NCBI GenBank assembly: GCA_964188305.1 | Contig: OZ076894.1 | DNA from: Podarcis bocagei | Lineage: Eukaryota | DNA: 64,000 bases | Reading direction: 5' to 3' (one strand) | Shown here: positions 51,748 to 64,000 of the stretch, in pieces | Layout: each line of letters starts with the position of its first letter | Position numbering within the stretch: the first letter of the stretch is position 1 | Made by a program: the position numbers and the translations under genes | The notes under the pieces: model-generated | Told to the model about the DNA's origin: nothing | What the model saw: the letters and a program-made list of their open reading frames with translations, nothing else | Database searches by the model: none

Positions 51748-54524
51748 TAAAATTGCAGCAAATAACTTATTTTGTAAAACTCACTTTGTTTATCAATAAA
51801 TAGCTCTGCATTTTAAATTCAAAACATACCTGTATTTCTTATCATTAAAAAGTTTCTAAATTTAGATTGCAACAATCTGACTGTGGATGGAAACAGGAAA
51901 GGGCCTCTCTAGACTCTTTTAATTCTTGCACTGTAGGCAGGGCATCCAAGCATGCTATTGCAGCCCAGCCTCAACAGCCTGTGTGAACAGGTACATACAT
52001 TACAGGCTCCACAGGTCACCTGGATCCTACCAAGTTAAAAGCTACAGTACCCCTGATGGCCATCTGTTGTTAATCTGGAGATCCCATAAACACTAGTGTT
52101 TATCAGCCAATTCTTGGCCAACACACCAAAGTTAATTGGGTCCTTTAACCAGGGGTCAAAATTTGCTCATTAGCAACTCAGTTCAATGGGGATTAAACAT
52201 GACCAGTAATAAAGACCACAGATTCAAGTCTAGAACTAAAATGAATCAGTCAGCTTATTGGTGTCCAATGGTTCTTTCAAAGCATATTATTATCTCTATA
52301 TGGAAGATAATGATACTCTGAACTTTGAATCACAGCATAGGAACATAAAAACAATGTAGTACTGCAAAAATAAAATATACTAAGAATTGTATAAGAACAA
52401 CATTAAAATAGCTTTAAGAAAGCAATCCATCAGAGTTTATTTCCTTTCTTAATTGACGATTTGGCCTCCTTTTGACTTATTCCAGCCCATCTAGTTGTGA
52501 AACAGAATTTCTCACATATTAGCATTTTGGAATAAAGTTCAGTTACCCATCCATGGCTGTGAGCCAGGATCCTGTGGGTTTCAGCTGAGTGAAAACACAT
52601 GAAGCAAAGCTGAACAGACAGCAAGTGGAGGGAGTTGGGGAGAACGTTTCTTTGTAAAAATATGATGCTGTTTTTAAATTTACCATCATCTAAGATGCTA
52701 ACATCTCACATGCAGTGTTAGAAACTGAGATATGAAAGCTAAAAGCTAAATGGCACCTTAAGCCTAGATTATGGGTGCAACAATGGAATGTCTAGGCACA
52801 CTTTTTTATAACAAAAAAAGCTGAAAATGAATGAACTGCAGCTAAAATATTAATTTTTCACATGGTCCTTCACCTGCCCACCCCCCTAATATTCTTAAGA
52901 GGGTTTCTTCTCCAGTCTTCAGAGAGTAGTTGGAATTGGGGAGGCAGAAAAAGGTCCTCCTTTCCTTCTAACTCTGCAATTTTAATCTGAAATCTTGCGC
53001 GCAGTACTGCACTCAGAGCTCAGAAACTGCTCACGCTAATGAAATTCCCTGTTGCAAGATACGCCTAGAACAATGGGAGTTTCGAGCACTGCTCACATGA
53101 CTACTGAGAATCAACAAAAGTTCCCAATCAGCAAAAAGCATGTCGAAATGTTGCAAAGCTTATTTTCTTTCATCCATTTTGATCCATCATGGCTGCTCTA
53201 CTGTTTGCTGAAAATTGCTGTAGTTGATGGTTATGTACTTAGTTGGGTTCTGAGTAACATCTGCAGGGTAATTGTACAGAGATATGAGCATCATTTTCCT
53301 CTGTCTGCAAACTACCCAAGTGGTGCAGGGAAGGTACCTAAGCACTGCTGTCAATGTCCCTAATTTGAGATGGATGGTGCCTTAGCATTACCATTGGCTA
53401 TTTGAAAAGGAGCTGTGAATATAGGCATGTTTTTAAGATTATCATTTCTGGCAGAAGTAAAAACTAGGCAAATTTGCTTTAGTTTAAAAATACTATCTCA
53501 CCAAATATTTTTCCTACATCTACAATGAGTTTCCTACTTTCCTGTAGTAGTAAAAGTAGGAGGAACACAAATCTGTTCATTAATGCATTGCATTGCCTGT
53601 TTTCTTTAGTATATGCCTAGCAGAACAACATTGTCTGGCAAACATCCTCTGCCAAGGAAAATGGCAAGAACATTGATTTCCATGTATCTATTTATTTAAA
53701 AACCACCCTTCAAGAGATTCAAGATAGTATAGAAAAGAGCAAATAAAAGCTAATTCAGAAATATATAGATGCAATTGTAAACCAACAAATAAATATAAAG
53801 GACAATAATGCATCAACAACAATTAAAACCTAAAAAGGCAAAGATAATCTAAAATTAAGACATGAGTTTACTGGTATGGGAAGAGACATTCCTTCAAGTA
53901 TTTAGCCCAAACCAGTTAAGACTTTTTAAGGTAAATATAGCATCTTAAGTTGGGTTCAGAAGTAAATAGAGTACCAATGACATAACGCATGGTTGTGATT
54001 CAACATTTGTGTGCACTATAGGGATGTGTTATATTTCTTCAGCATGACAAGTTTTAACTGCCAAATTGATAGCCCAACTCTTATATGGTGTTCAGATTTT
54101 GATTTTGAATTCAAGTGTTGAAAAAGTTTGTTCAAGGCTCTTAAGGGCTATGTTTGGTGTCCCAAACTATGTATCAGCAGCGGCAGTCCTGAGCTTAGAG
54201 ATGAGGTTTGCATTCTAGAGTGAAGAGAGGAGGCAGAGATTAGCTCTGACTAGAAGGTCAGATAATTATTTTCCCCACCCTTCAGGAACCAAATTGCAAA
54301 GGTGAATGGGGACTTCCCATTAGTCAGTCCCGGGCTATCACAATGATGTTGGGTAACTCTTTTTGCCCGCATGGACACCAGTGATCAACTGATTGCTGGG
54401 TCTTGTGAAGCCCCTTGCAAAACACTCAGCAATATCCAACACAGATGATTGTCAAGTCATGCAAACCACTGTGCACAGCACTCTGCACAAAGCTGTGTTG
54501 CTGATTGGTGTTGCATGCAAACAC

Positions 54525-54525
<1 letters not shown>

Positions 54526-54574
<49 letters not shown>

Positions 54575-54696
54575 TACTTACATGCTGCCCATCTGACTGG
54601 GTTGCCCCAGTCACTCTGGGCGGCTCCCAACAAAAAACAGTAAAAAAAACCAACAACATCAAACACTAAAAACTTCCCTGAACAGAGCTGCCTTCC
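54526..54696 (-). mobile_element. (AAT)n microsatellite joined to a LINE 3'-end fragment
   Basis: About 16 AAT units at 54526-54573 followed by GCCCATCTGACTGGGTTGCCCCAGTCACTCTGGGCGGCT, recognised as a common lizard LINE tail. Confidence 0.55.
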
Positions 54697-56469
54697 CATG
54701 AACCAAGTATTTACATACACCACAATCTGATGCCATATTTAACATCAGATGCAGGGCAGGTAGTTGTGTCTTGGTTGAAGTGTCTTCATAGGCTAAATGG
54801 GAAGACCTAGCAGACCCATGTAGGGCCACAAGCCAGAGGTTTCTTGCCCCTGCTACAGAGTCAAATTCAGTGCTACTGTCCCCTATTATCTCACACAGCT
54901 ACCTATCTTCGGTTCATGTAGACCAGTTTGCAAGTACATAGATGAAGTTGCTAAGTAACAAAATGTTACGGTTTCTCTGTCACAGCTTCAAGCTAGATCT
55001 TTTATTAAATAAATAGGCTTCCAAAACCTATTTTCGATAGTCAAGACGACTTGTTCAGCTTTGGTATTTGGCATTTCCAGTACATCTGTTAATTCTCAGA
55101 CAAAATATCCACTGAACTTAAGCATAACAAAATACAGGAGGGCATTCCTATCCTGCATGTTTCAGTGTGATACCTTCAGCTCTTATGGAGAGGATATTTA
55201 GGGTAACACCCTACTCTTATAAGTGATGTCTGTCTTCCTCAGAAGAAATAGAAACCTTCATCCATGTTTTGTAACTTTTATAGAGGTCTCCGGAAAGAGT
55301 TGATTGATTCAGTAACCATTTTGTATCTTTGAAGATTGCCTGCACATTACATTTCTCTTCTCTCTGATACAAATAAGAGTATTACAGGATCTGTAGCTAA
55401 ATTCCTGTCGAGAGAAATGAAGACATGAGGTAATATCTTACCTAAATCAATGTGACCTTACTTTCCATAACATACAATACATCTATTTGACCTTATTTGC
55501 ATGTTAATAGATGCATAAGTTTTATTGTGAGGTCTCTTGACAACTACTCAATGTAGTTGTAGATGGAGTATTAATTCTTTGTCTGTACCCATCAGAATTA
55601 AACCAGCTGAGCTCTGAACTAATCAAAGCTTCTGGGTCATCTTTAATGAGCTAGCCATAAATGTATGCAGACGACTGCAATAAAATTATATGTTGAAAGC
55701 AGTTTGGATTATAGGTGCCCCTAAACTTGCTAATGTGGCTGTGAACTAAATAAGTTAAGAGAAGGCTCCCATGAAACTCCACTCAACAGCAGCTGAATCC
55801 GAAAGAAGCAGCCATCCTGTGGAAACCTAACCTGAAGAGCAGAGAGCTGATAGTCACCCAGAATGACCCCACAGTTGCATCAGTGCTGCATAAATCTATT
55901 TATTTAACAGTTTTAGCCACAACTGAGGACACTGTGACTAGCTGGGTCAATGAAGCTTTCGACTTACTAAACAGATGCCTCACCCTACCTACAACAAACT
56001 ATTTTGGAAGCACACCAGAGTTCAAACACAATGTATAAGGAGGTCTGAAGGCCCGCCATTTATAAGGAATGATGTTAAGAGTAGAAATCCCAATGAACTT
56101 CTCCATGTTTGGGCTCAGAAAGAGATGATAGTTCTTCAAGCCCACATATTTTCCAGTTCAATTAAAATCTGTGCTAAAAAAACCAAGTAAGTTTGTGCAC
56201 CACCTACCCACCTGTCCCCCTTACTACCAAGACATCCTTCCTGTCTGCCCCTCACCCCCAAGATCCAGTAGTAGCAGCCGTACATGGAAAGGGGAATTAG
56301 GTCTGTCCCTCTCTCCATGCTTTCTGTCCACCTAATACTCTGCAACCTCCAAGACAAAAAGCAGTGGCCATGAGGAAGAGATAGCATGCCTTTCTCACTG
56401 CCAAATCAATAAATTATAAGTATGTAAGATTGTATTTTGGACAGAAGAGATGAGTAAATGGGTTGACTA

Positions 56470-56598
56470 ACAGCCTTCCTGCAATTCCCTAAGTGAGTCT
56501 GTTGCCTTCAGGTGCACTGTCCTACTGACATCAACACTGGCAACAGGACAGTGCACCTGAAGGCAACAGACTCACTTAGGGAATTGCAGGAAGGCTGT
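56470..56598. repeat. Perfect 54-bp inverted repeat with 21-nt loop
   Basis: 56470-56523 is the exact reverse complement of 56545-56598. Confidence 0.97.
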
Positions 56599-57743
56599 GA
56601 GGCACACATTGCTTTGTCCTTCAACATGCATTGCTTCTCTCTGCCTCCCATCACCTGCCACCTGAGGCAGTTACCTCACGCTGGTCTGAACTTCCAATAT
56701 TTGTTCTTCCGGGGGGAGGGGGAGTCCCATCCCCTCTGCCACGTAAATGCACATGTTCACAATTTTGCATGCCTAAAAACCCCACCAACATTTTACATCA
56801 TTGCAGATTAGTTCAGCTCACTAACATACAATAGCTTAGTTTTGTATTCCCAAGACAATATAATGCAAATTTACTGAAGCAAACTTGCATGAGCATTAGT
56901 ATATAAACGATAGAAGCATTACGTAAGGCTAAAAAGGGTGAAACCTCAAAAGGTTGTGGAAGGCAAAAAAATAATTATTTTACAGCATACTGTGTCCAGT
57001 GCATTTCAGCTCATCACCCCTGGAACAACATGCATAAAACAATGCATTCTAAGTGAACTGCAATGTGGAATAAGATCTGCTGGCTCCTGAAGAGGCTGAC
57101 ATGCTGAAATGATAGGGAATACTATATTATTTTGTTTCCAGCACTGTTCCGGGTCTTCAGAGATTCCTCTTTGGTGGGACGGGAAGCTTCTTGTCCCTTA
57201 GGTGCCACCCATCTCTTTTTTCTGTTGGCGTTATGAATAAACCAAGTGGCACAATCATTGCAAAGTTGCTTTGAGACAGTTTAACTTGGCCAGTTTGTTT
57301 TAAATCAGGGTGAGGAACCTATGGCCCAAGAGCCAAAGTCTTTCCACAGGCCTGCTTCATGTCCTCCTTGGGTATTTTTGCCTGAAAGGAATGTGTCCTT
57401 GAGCTCTGATAATGCCTCTTACTTCTCTGGATGGAAGATTGTGTGTGTGCACATGTGCGAGCGCATGTGCCTACTGTACAAGGGTAAAATTTGCGTGTAT
57501 TGCTCTGCCCAGTGTTGCCTTTACCTTCCTCTGGCATGAAGTTTGTCTAGAAGAGAATGTGGCCCTCAGAATGAAAGTTTCTCCACCTCTGTTCAAAACG
57601 GAGCTAAACAATTTGATATAAACAAACAAAAAACTCCAAAGAGCTGTGTCACCAAGCTTCTCTCTCTCTCTCTTTGCATCCAAACACCTGCAGGAAAGGC
57701 CCATGAGTGCCACTAATATTTGGGTGCCTGAGGGAAGCTTAAT

Positions 57744-57840
57744 ATCCATATTACCTTCCAAACTACTATAGGACAAAAATTCTTATTTGAAAATCCATAT
57801 TACCTTCCAAACTACTATAGGACAAAAATTCTTATTTGAA
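57744..57840. repeat. 49-bp direct tandem duplication
   Basis: ATCCATATTACCTTCCAAACTACTATAGGACAAAAATTCTTATTTGAA occurs twice, at 57744 and 57793. Confidence 0.95.
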
Positions 57841-57997
57841 TGAGTGTCATGTATGTCACAAATAATGAAAGGGGGAATGTGTTAATTCAGTGCTAGTAGA
57901 CTATTTAAGGGTATTTTACTAGTTTCCCTTAAAGAAGTTCTTACTCCTCCCCTTAGAAAAACAAACTGTTTAGCAACTAACTAACTTAAAGATAAAA

Positions 57998-58358
57998 GGG
58001 ACGCGGGTGGCGCTGTGGGTAAAACCTCAGCGCCTAGGGCTTGCCGATCGCACGGTCGGCGGTTCGAATCCCCGCGGCGGGGTGAGCTCCCGTCTTTCGG
58101 TCCCAGCTCCTGCCTACCTAGCAGTTCGAAACCACTCCTAAGTGCAAGTAGATAAATAGGTACCGCTTTCTAGCGGGAAGGTAAACAGCGTTTCCGTGTG
58201 CTGCGCTGGTGCCGGCTCGCCAGAGCAGCTTCGTCACACTGGCCACATGACCTGGAAGTGTCTCTGGACAGCGCTGGCCCCCGGCCTCTTAAGTGAGATG
58301 GGCACACAACCCTAGAGTCGGACATGACTGGCCCGTACGGGCAGGGGTACCTTTACCT
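57998..58358 (+). mobile_element. Sauria SINE, full length
   Basis: Same head and tail as the 20831 copy; target-site duplication TAACTTAAAGAT at 57982-57993 and 58359-58370. Confidence 0.92.
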
Positions 58359-60324
58359 TAACTTAAAGATTGTTACTACGAACAGACCAACCAACCAGGG
58401 AAAAGGCCACTAACAATGGAAAACATGTTTACAGGATTGCAGGACCTGACCCATCCACTAGCCAACTGGGATAAGGTTAAGGAGATACAAGTAATTGAAG
58501 AATAGTTTACTAGTTTGCTAATTTGGAAAATTAAGCCTACTGTATTTGGGTATACATGACACAGACTCTATGGAGATTCCAAAAATCTGACAAGGCCAGA
58601 GTTTAAATTCTCAACCTAGAGTAGCAATTTACAAATATTCTGGAAGATGAAATAGAGCATTTAGAAAATCAAGAAATAGTAGTATTGCTAATTCCAGTTC
58701 AATAAGTTGCATGGCTATTAATATAGATTCAGACAATAAACACCTAGGTGGTATTCAACTAGGTTTTACACAGAGTAGGCTTATTGAATTTATAGGACCT
58801 AACCTACCCATGGTAATTTATTTCAATGAGACTGATTAAAACTTAGTTGAAGATAGCCAGCTAGCTAGCTAGCTAGGTAACATTTCATTGCTGTCCCTGT
58901 TCAACCATGTCTAAGTTTGAATGAGAAATTGTGCTGGTATATATTTAGAAAATCAATGCAGCCTCAGTCCTTCCCTAGTCTTGCTGGTGCTATGCTCCTG
59001 GGAGCTAAACCATGGTTTGGCTTAGTATTACATCTGAACCTAAGCTTGTGCTTTATCTCATTCCAAACCACAGCTGTTCTCCTCCACTTATTGGCTCTCC
59101 TCCTCAAAATATGAACCTGCAGCAACCAATTTACATGAGGGCAGGGGGAATCAATGCTCCTCAGCTGGCTTCTACTAATGTCCATTTATAGTATTTATTT
59201 CCAATCTCTTTCCGCTTTCAAGAAGCTGATGGCTGACAACAGTAGATAATGCCATGAAACAGAAAACAGTTTATTAAACACATTAAAAACAATACAACTC
59301 AGAAAAAGGAAGTTAAACAGCTGCTTGGACAGAACCAGCAGCAATTATCACACACATGTGTCTAAATAAAAAATGTTTTCACACTTCTAAAATAATAGAG
59401 TTAGAATCTAGCAACTGTTTATTCATGAAGAAGTTCCAAAACAAGGGTGCCATGTTCTTGAAATTTGACTTCACAGATAGATATAATCCAGAGCATGACA
59501 TTTCTCCAGCTCACCTCCATCAGTTCACAGAGGACTGTATAATTTCATTAGGTGGAATCCAAATGGTGCCCATGCACTCGTGCAAAAGCTTTTGATCCAG
59601 TGGGCACCTCCGCTTACTAAAAGAGAGGTGAAGTGATTTGAACCAATTTGCAATTCCCTTTATGGACCTCCATACCACTTTCTACCTTGCTATGGAATGT
59701 TCCTCAACTCCCTCAAGCTGGGGGATGCATGAGATACTGGCAAAAAAGCCCCTCCCCTCTTCTTCCATTAATGGAGGCATCAACTGAATTAAAAGTCCTT
59801 CTGTGAGTGCAAGGGCACCAAATGAATGCCACTCATTAAGTTTTTCACCCTACACTAATATGCTGTGTTTGGGGTGGAATGGTCTTACGACAACTCAGAG
59901 CAGAGAATGATTACCTAAGATCTTGAATAATCTAAATGTTTGTTTTACATATCTAAAGTCACTGTATATTACTTTTGTAATGTTAACAACCACCAGATTC
60001 ATGACCTAAATATTATATTGTATGCACGCACACAAATTTTAATATTCACGTATGTCTCCATCTCACATGTATGAAACTTTCATGCACACTTATGCACATT
60101 CTCACATGTGTCAAAAACTTCTTGCTTCATATAAGTCCCAGTGTGACTTCATGAGGATTAAGAAAAACAAGTAGTTTGAAGAGTGAAGCACGTCTGCACA
60201 CCTTAGTACCCGGGCCTGAGATGTATAGTTTTAGGGCCCACCTTATTTTGTGATTGCAAGTTGTTTTAAGCTCTTTTTAACATTGTGTTTTAATTGTTGC
60301 AACCCACCCTGGGATGATAGAGTG

Positions 60325-60326
<2 letters not shown>

Positions 60327-60375
<49 letters not shown>
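60327..60375. repeat. (AAT)n microsatellite
   Basis: Direct inspection. Confidence 0.96.
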
Positions 60376-61388
60376 TTGCAAAATCCACACTTGCACACTT
60401 CTCAACAACAACAAAAAATTAAACAGAATTCACTGGTAACCATAAATATTTATGTAATAGTAACGCCTGAGGAGTTAGTATACAGTTATATATTTTTTAA
60501 TGGTTTTGTAAGACTTAAAAAACAAATCTAGGCCACAATTCAGACAGCCATGCAAGAAGACTGGCACCACCCAAAGGGGTTTTTGACCTCTATTTCTCAA
60601 GCAGCAGCCTCCTGCACATCATGGCAAACTGCTTTAGAAACTCAGGGGAATTTCCAAAGCAGTTTGATCAATGCGGCATTGGGGGTGGGGCAGGGAAGGG
60701 GGGGAAATCTGCCATTCAAATAAAAAACAAAAAAGACAGATGCCCAGCTGGGTACACCTAACAGCTCTCTAGATCGTGGCCTGAAATCTTTGGCATTCAA
60801 GGCCCACACTTCTAAAGATTTTCTATTTTGCCTATGAATGCTATTTTCACAAACAAGGAACAGTACCTTCCTATGGGATTACAGCATGACAGAGGTGTAG
60901 TTGGCCCGTGGGATTAATTAAAAGGGCTAGCATTTATTGCTTGCGCCTTTTAAATTGTTCCCATTTTCGTTAAACATTACTGCTTTTTAAGTTGGTCATG
61001 GTATGCCAAACCAAAATGACACAGACCTTTCATGCAAATACAGGATAATATTGGTTACAGAAGTATTCGACATCACTATACGCCTTCAAGAAATCTTAAC
61101 TTTGTATTTCTTTTCAAGTCAGAAGTTAGCTGAAACATACTCTATAGAAAGTATAATATTTCAAAGTTCTCTATTTAGAAACAAGCAACTTCCATATTTT
61201 AAAACATGAAATACCAAAGTATTAAATCACAACTGACACCACGGCAGGCATCTGTTTTTCTACTACAATTTAACAGCCCCATTATATTCACAATCAAAGC
61301 AAAATGAGCATGTATACAGGCAGTTACAATTTAAAATGAAATTTAACGAAAGCCTGTTCCCAAAATAAGCAGAATTTGCTATACTTAC

Positions 61389-61448
61389 TGAATGTTTCTC
61401 CTGCTGGCCCATAACTCCATGGTTAGCTGGGATTGCAAGAGGTTTCAT
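61389..61448 (-). CDS. RAPGEF2: RAPGEF2 coding exon 1 (MKPLAIPANHGVMGQQEKHS)
   Basis: Matches the recognised N-terminus of the ~1500-aa RAPGEF2 isoform; ATG 61448-61446; donor TCA|GTAAGT; 60 nt. Confidence 0.93.
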
Positions 61449-62295
61449 AATGAACAAACATATGCTGAACTGAATTTACACATCATGTACCAATTTCTCA
61501 TGGATAGCAAATCATCCTCTACTGCATTAAACTAAACAAACAAAAACCAAGGGAAAAACCAAGCCAAGAGCTCAAAGTGCCGTTCACAAAATCTCTCACA
61601 CTTGTAGTGCAGAAAAGCAATCCAAACAGCAGCAATTGTCTCCATTTTTATAACACTCGAAGTCTTAAGCGTGCAAGGATGTAAAGTGCCTGGCAACACC
61701 ATACATATCCAGCATTCTTCTACAAGAACGAGAGCATTCCCTGAGAGCGAAAGGGAGGAAAAGGGGGGGGGGGAGAGAAAAGCTAAAATGGCTGACTGCA
61801 CACAGACTCCCTCAAAAAAGCTTAATACAGTATTATATTAGTAAGGGTGCGGGAACCAGCTTCCTGCATTCAGCCAAGCATTGTTAATACTCCTGTTTAA
61901 TTTGCAATCACAATAATAAAGAGCCCCTCACCCCCATTAAAAAAATTAAAAATCAGGGCAGAGCATGTGAATAGGGACCTCCCCTCTGGCTGCTAATGAT
62001 GCTGACAGGGTGACCAGTGATCTCTGTTCCACTCAACTAACCAAGTTCGCACAATTAATCCAAGCGGCATGACATTGACGGACATTTAATTTAATGATGC
62101 CTGTCCCTCACATTCAAAGAAACCATGCCTACCATCAAGAGAGTCACTAAGGGGAAAAAACAAAAAAAACCCAAACAAACCAAAAACACCAAAGGCACAT
62201 ACACAGAGAAAAACCTAGAGAATCATGAGTCTGAATGTAATACGCCAATATAATTACGTTATTGTGCTTACTTTGGAAGACCATGGCTGCAGGCA

Positions 62296-62309
62296 GTTGG
62301 CATAGCAAC
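62296..62309. promoter_or_regulatory. Candidate RFX X-box upstream of the MKPL exon
   Basis: GTTGGCATAGCAAC, one mismatch from a palindromic X-box with an intact ATAGCAAC half-site; CCAAT at 62245-62249. Confidence 0.35.
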
Positions 62310-62745
62310 GCACAAGGAAAGCCATTTCCTGGGTAGAAAGAACGCTTCCTTTTCTAAATAAAAAATTCCTCTTAGGATACAAACGGCATTGCTGCTTCCT
62401 GCAGAAAGCAAAGACACTGTAGTCTGTCTCTTAACCTGCACACAGGCACACTCAATGCAGTTCTAATGATGTAAGTGGATCTCTCTCTGCCTCCCTCCCT
62501 CTCCCCCTATACATCGAAATATTCAACTCAAATGGAAGACACATTCCTTGCGGCTTGCCCCCTCGGCTGCTTAACTATTTCACTCATTAAGGTACAGATG
62601 GACAATTCAGATAGAGTAACAAGCGCTTGCCTGTATTATGTCAGCTTCTGTAGGTCAAGCAAATCCCAAAGGGGAAGGAATCCATTGATTGCTGGCTCCA
62701 ATGAATATCACTGAAGGCAGGGTGGGAATAAGGAGAAAGACTTAC

Positions 62746-62772
62746 TTGAACAGGCTCTGAACTAAATATCAT
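62746..62772 (-). CDS. RAPGEF2: Probable alternative first coding exon of RAPGEF2 (MIFSSEPVQ)
   Basis: AAA-ATG-A start, 9 open codons, then a CAA|GTAAGT donor in phase 0, compatible with the phase-0 acceptor of the LPADFTKL exon at 45129. Confidence 0.55.
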
Positions 62773-64000
62773 TTTTCACCAAGGTGAATATAAAGCAATG
62801 GTGTTTGCTGCCACCTCCTCCCCCACCCTCCCCCACCCAAAAATAATGTTGCGGCAAAGCTGTAAATATCTCTATCAACTGCTTAATAATGGCATACTTG
62901 ACAAGCTTTCATGGGCACACAGGTATGATACTGTTCAGGCTTAGGTAACTGAAAGGTGCATAGCTGTGAATTTTCACAATCCTCCGCTGAAATTTGTTTA
63001 AATAAAGTCTGCAGTTTGCCACACAGGTCAAACATGTAGTTTCCATCAAAAGAGGTGTACAGTTCACAGAATATAGCACTGGAATAGGCAGGCAGGCTCT
63101 AAATTTGTACAAATACAACATGTCTCTTGAAGGTAGTATTTCATTTTTAAAATGGAGAAATTAACCTAGCCACTCCCATGTAAAACTAGCTCTGTCACCA
63201 CAGCATTATGGCACATGAACTAAGCTGAAGGGCATACTCCAGCCAAAAAAAGCACAAAGCCCTGCTACATTACAAGCCACACACTTCCACGATGTTTTTA
63301 TGCAAGTCATCAGTGAGAAAAATAAGAAAGACTTTTTGCCATCAATTTTTTATCATGAAAATCTGACCTTTTTACACTTACAATGCATTCCTGGTATTCA
63401 AGCCCATGTGCACACACAACTTGGGAGAGAAAGGCAGGGAAAGAATGCTCATTTCTGCTACTACAGTAACAAAAATCGAACAGACGACAAGAACTTTAAA
63501 CATATATTTATGAACAATATAGAAAAGTGACAGAGACAGAGGCTGCAGCTGTTTCTACCAGACACATGCATTCTCAGTTGGTTAATTTAATCTGTCATAC
63601 AGTAATGCTTTCCTGTAGTGACTGCAGGTCAAAGCTCACTTGGCAGACCAAAAGGTGATTCTCTAAAAGTCTATTTTTATAAAGCCATAGAATTCTTTAA
63701 AAAATAAAAACAAGTACCACCACTAAACCATATTTTAAAGTTTTGGATCATTCGTTTTTAGGCTTGCGTATACCATAATAATCTGTCCTGTATTCTTTTT
63801 AAAACACATTAAAATATGTTTCCTTAGAATGGAAATCTAGAATAAGACTAATATGGGACCGCAGGTTTTTCTGCAGGGTTCAACTATGGAAAAACTGCCT
63901 TTATGCATGTGTATTCACACATGCAAGAGTATTTTTGAAAGCATTTTACAGTATTGTGGGAGCTGATAGCACTCATTTGAAGCAGTGGTCTTCAAATTTA

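Noticed and set aside
54393-54662. Poly-Ile, poly-Tyr and poly-Asn ORFs
   Set aside because: Translations of an (AAT)n microsatellite.

Overview
Vertebrate genomic DNA, most likely a lacertid-type lizard given the Sauria SINEs and other squamate repeats. Almost the whole window is one gene on the minus strand: RAPGEF2 (PDZ-GEF1/CNrasGEF/nRapGEP). I traced 24 coding exons with GT-AG junctions and consistent phases, from MKPLAIPANH (61448) to EQVSAV-stop (1862), giving 4476 nt or 1491 aa. A probable second alternative first coding exon (MIFSSEPVQ) lies at 62746-62772. The 3' UTR runs off the left edge of the window. The most unusual structure is a 1.2-kb composite hAT-like insertion in the 3' UTR (295-1502). 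It carries inverted copies of the gene's own UTR motif and of an exon/5' splice-site junction and an intron piece from about 10 kb away, so the mRNA would contain antisense to itself. Other notable items are a chain of AUGA stop/start uORFs before the MKPL start, a 24-nt microexon with a downstream TGCATG cluster, a Tigger/pogo-like element carrying a CpG-rich palindrome/E-box/GC-box array, a perfect 54-bp intronic hairpin, and a duplicated minisatellite cassette. Repeat family names come from recognition, not from a database search.
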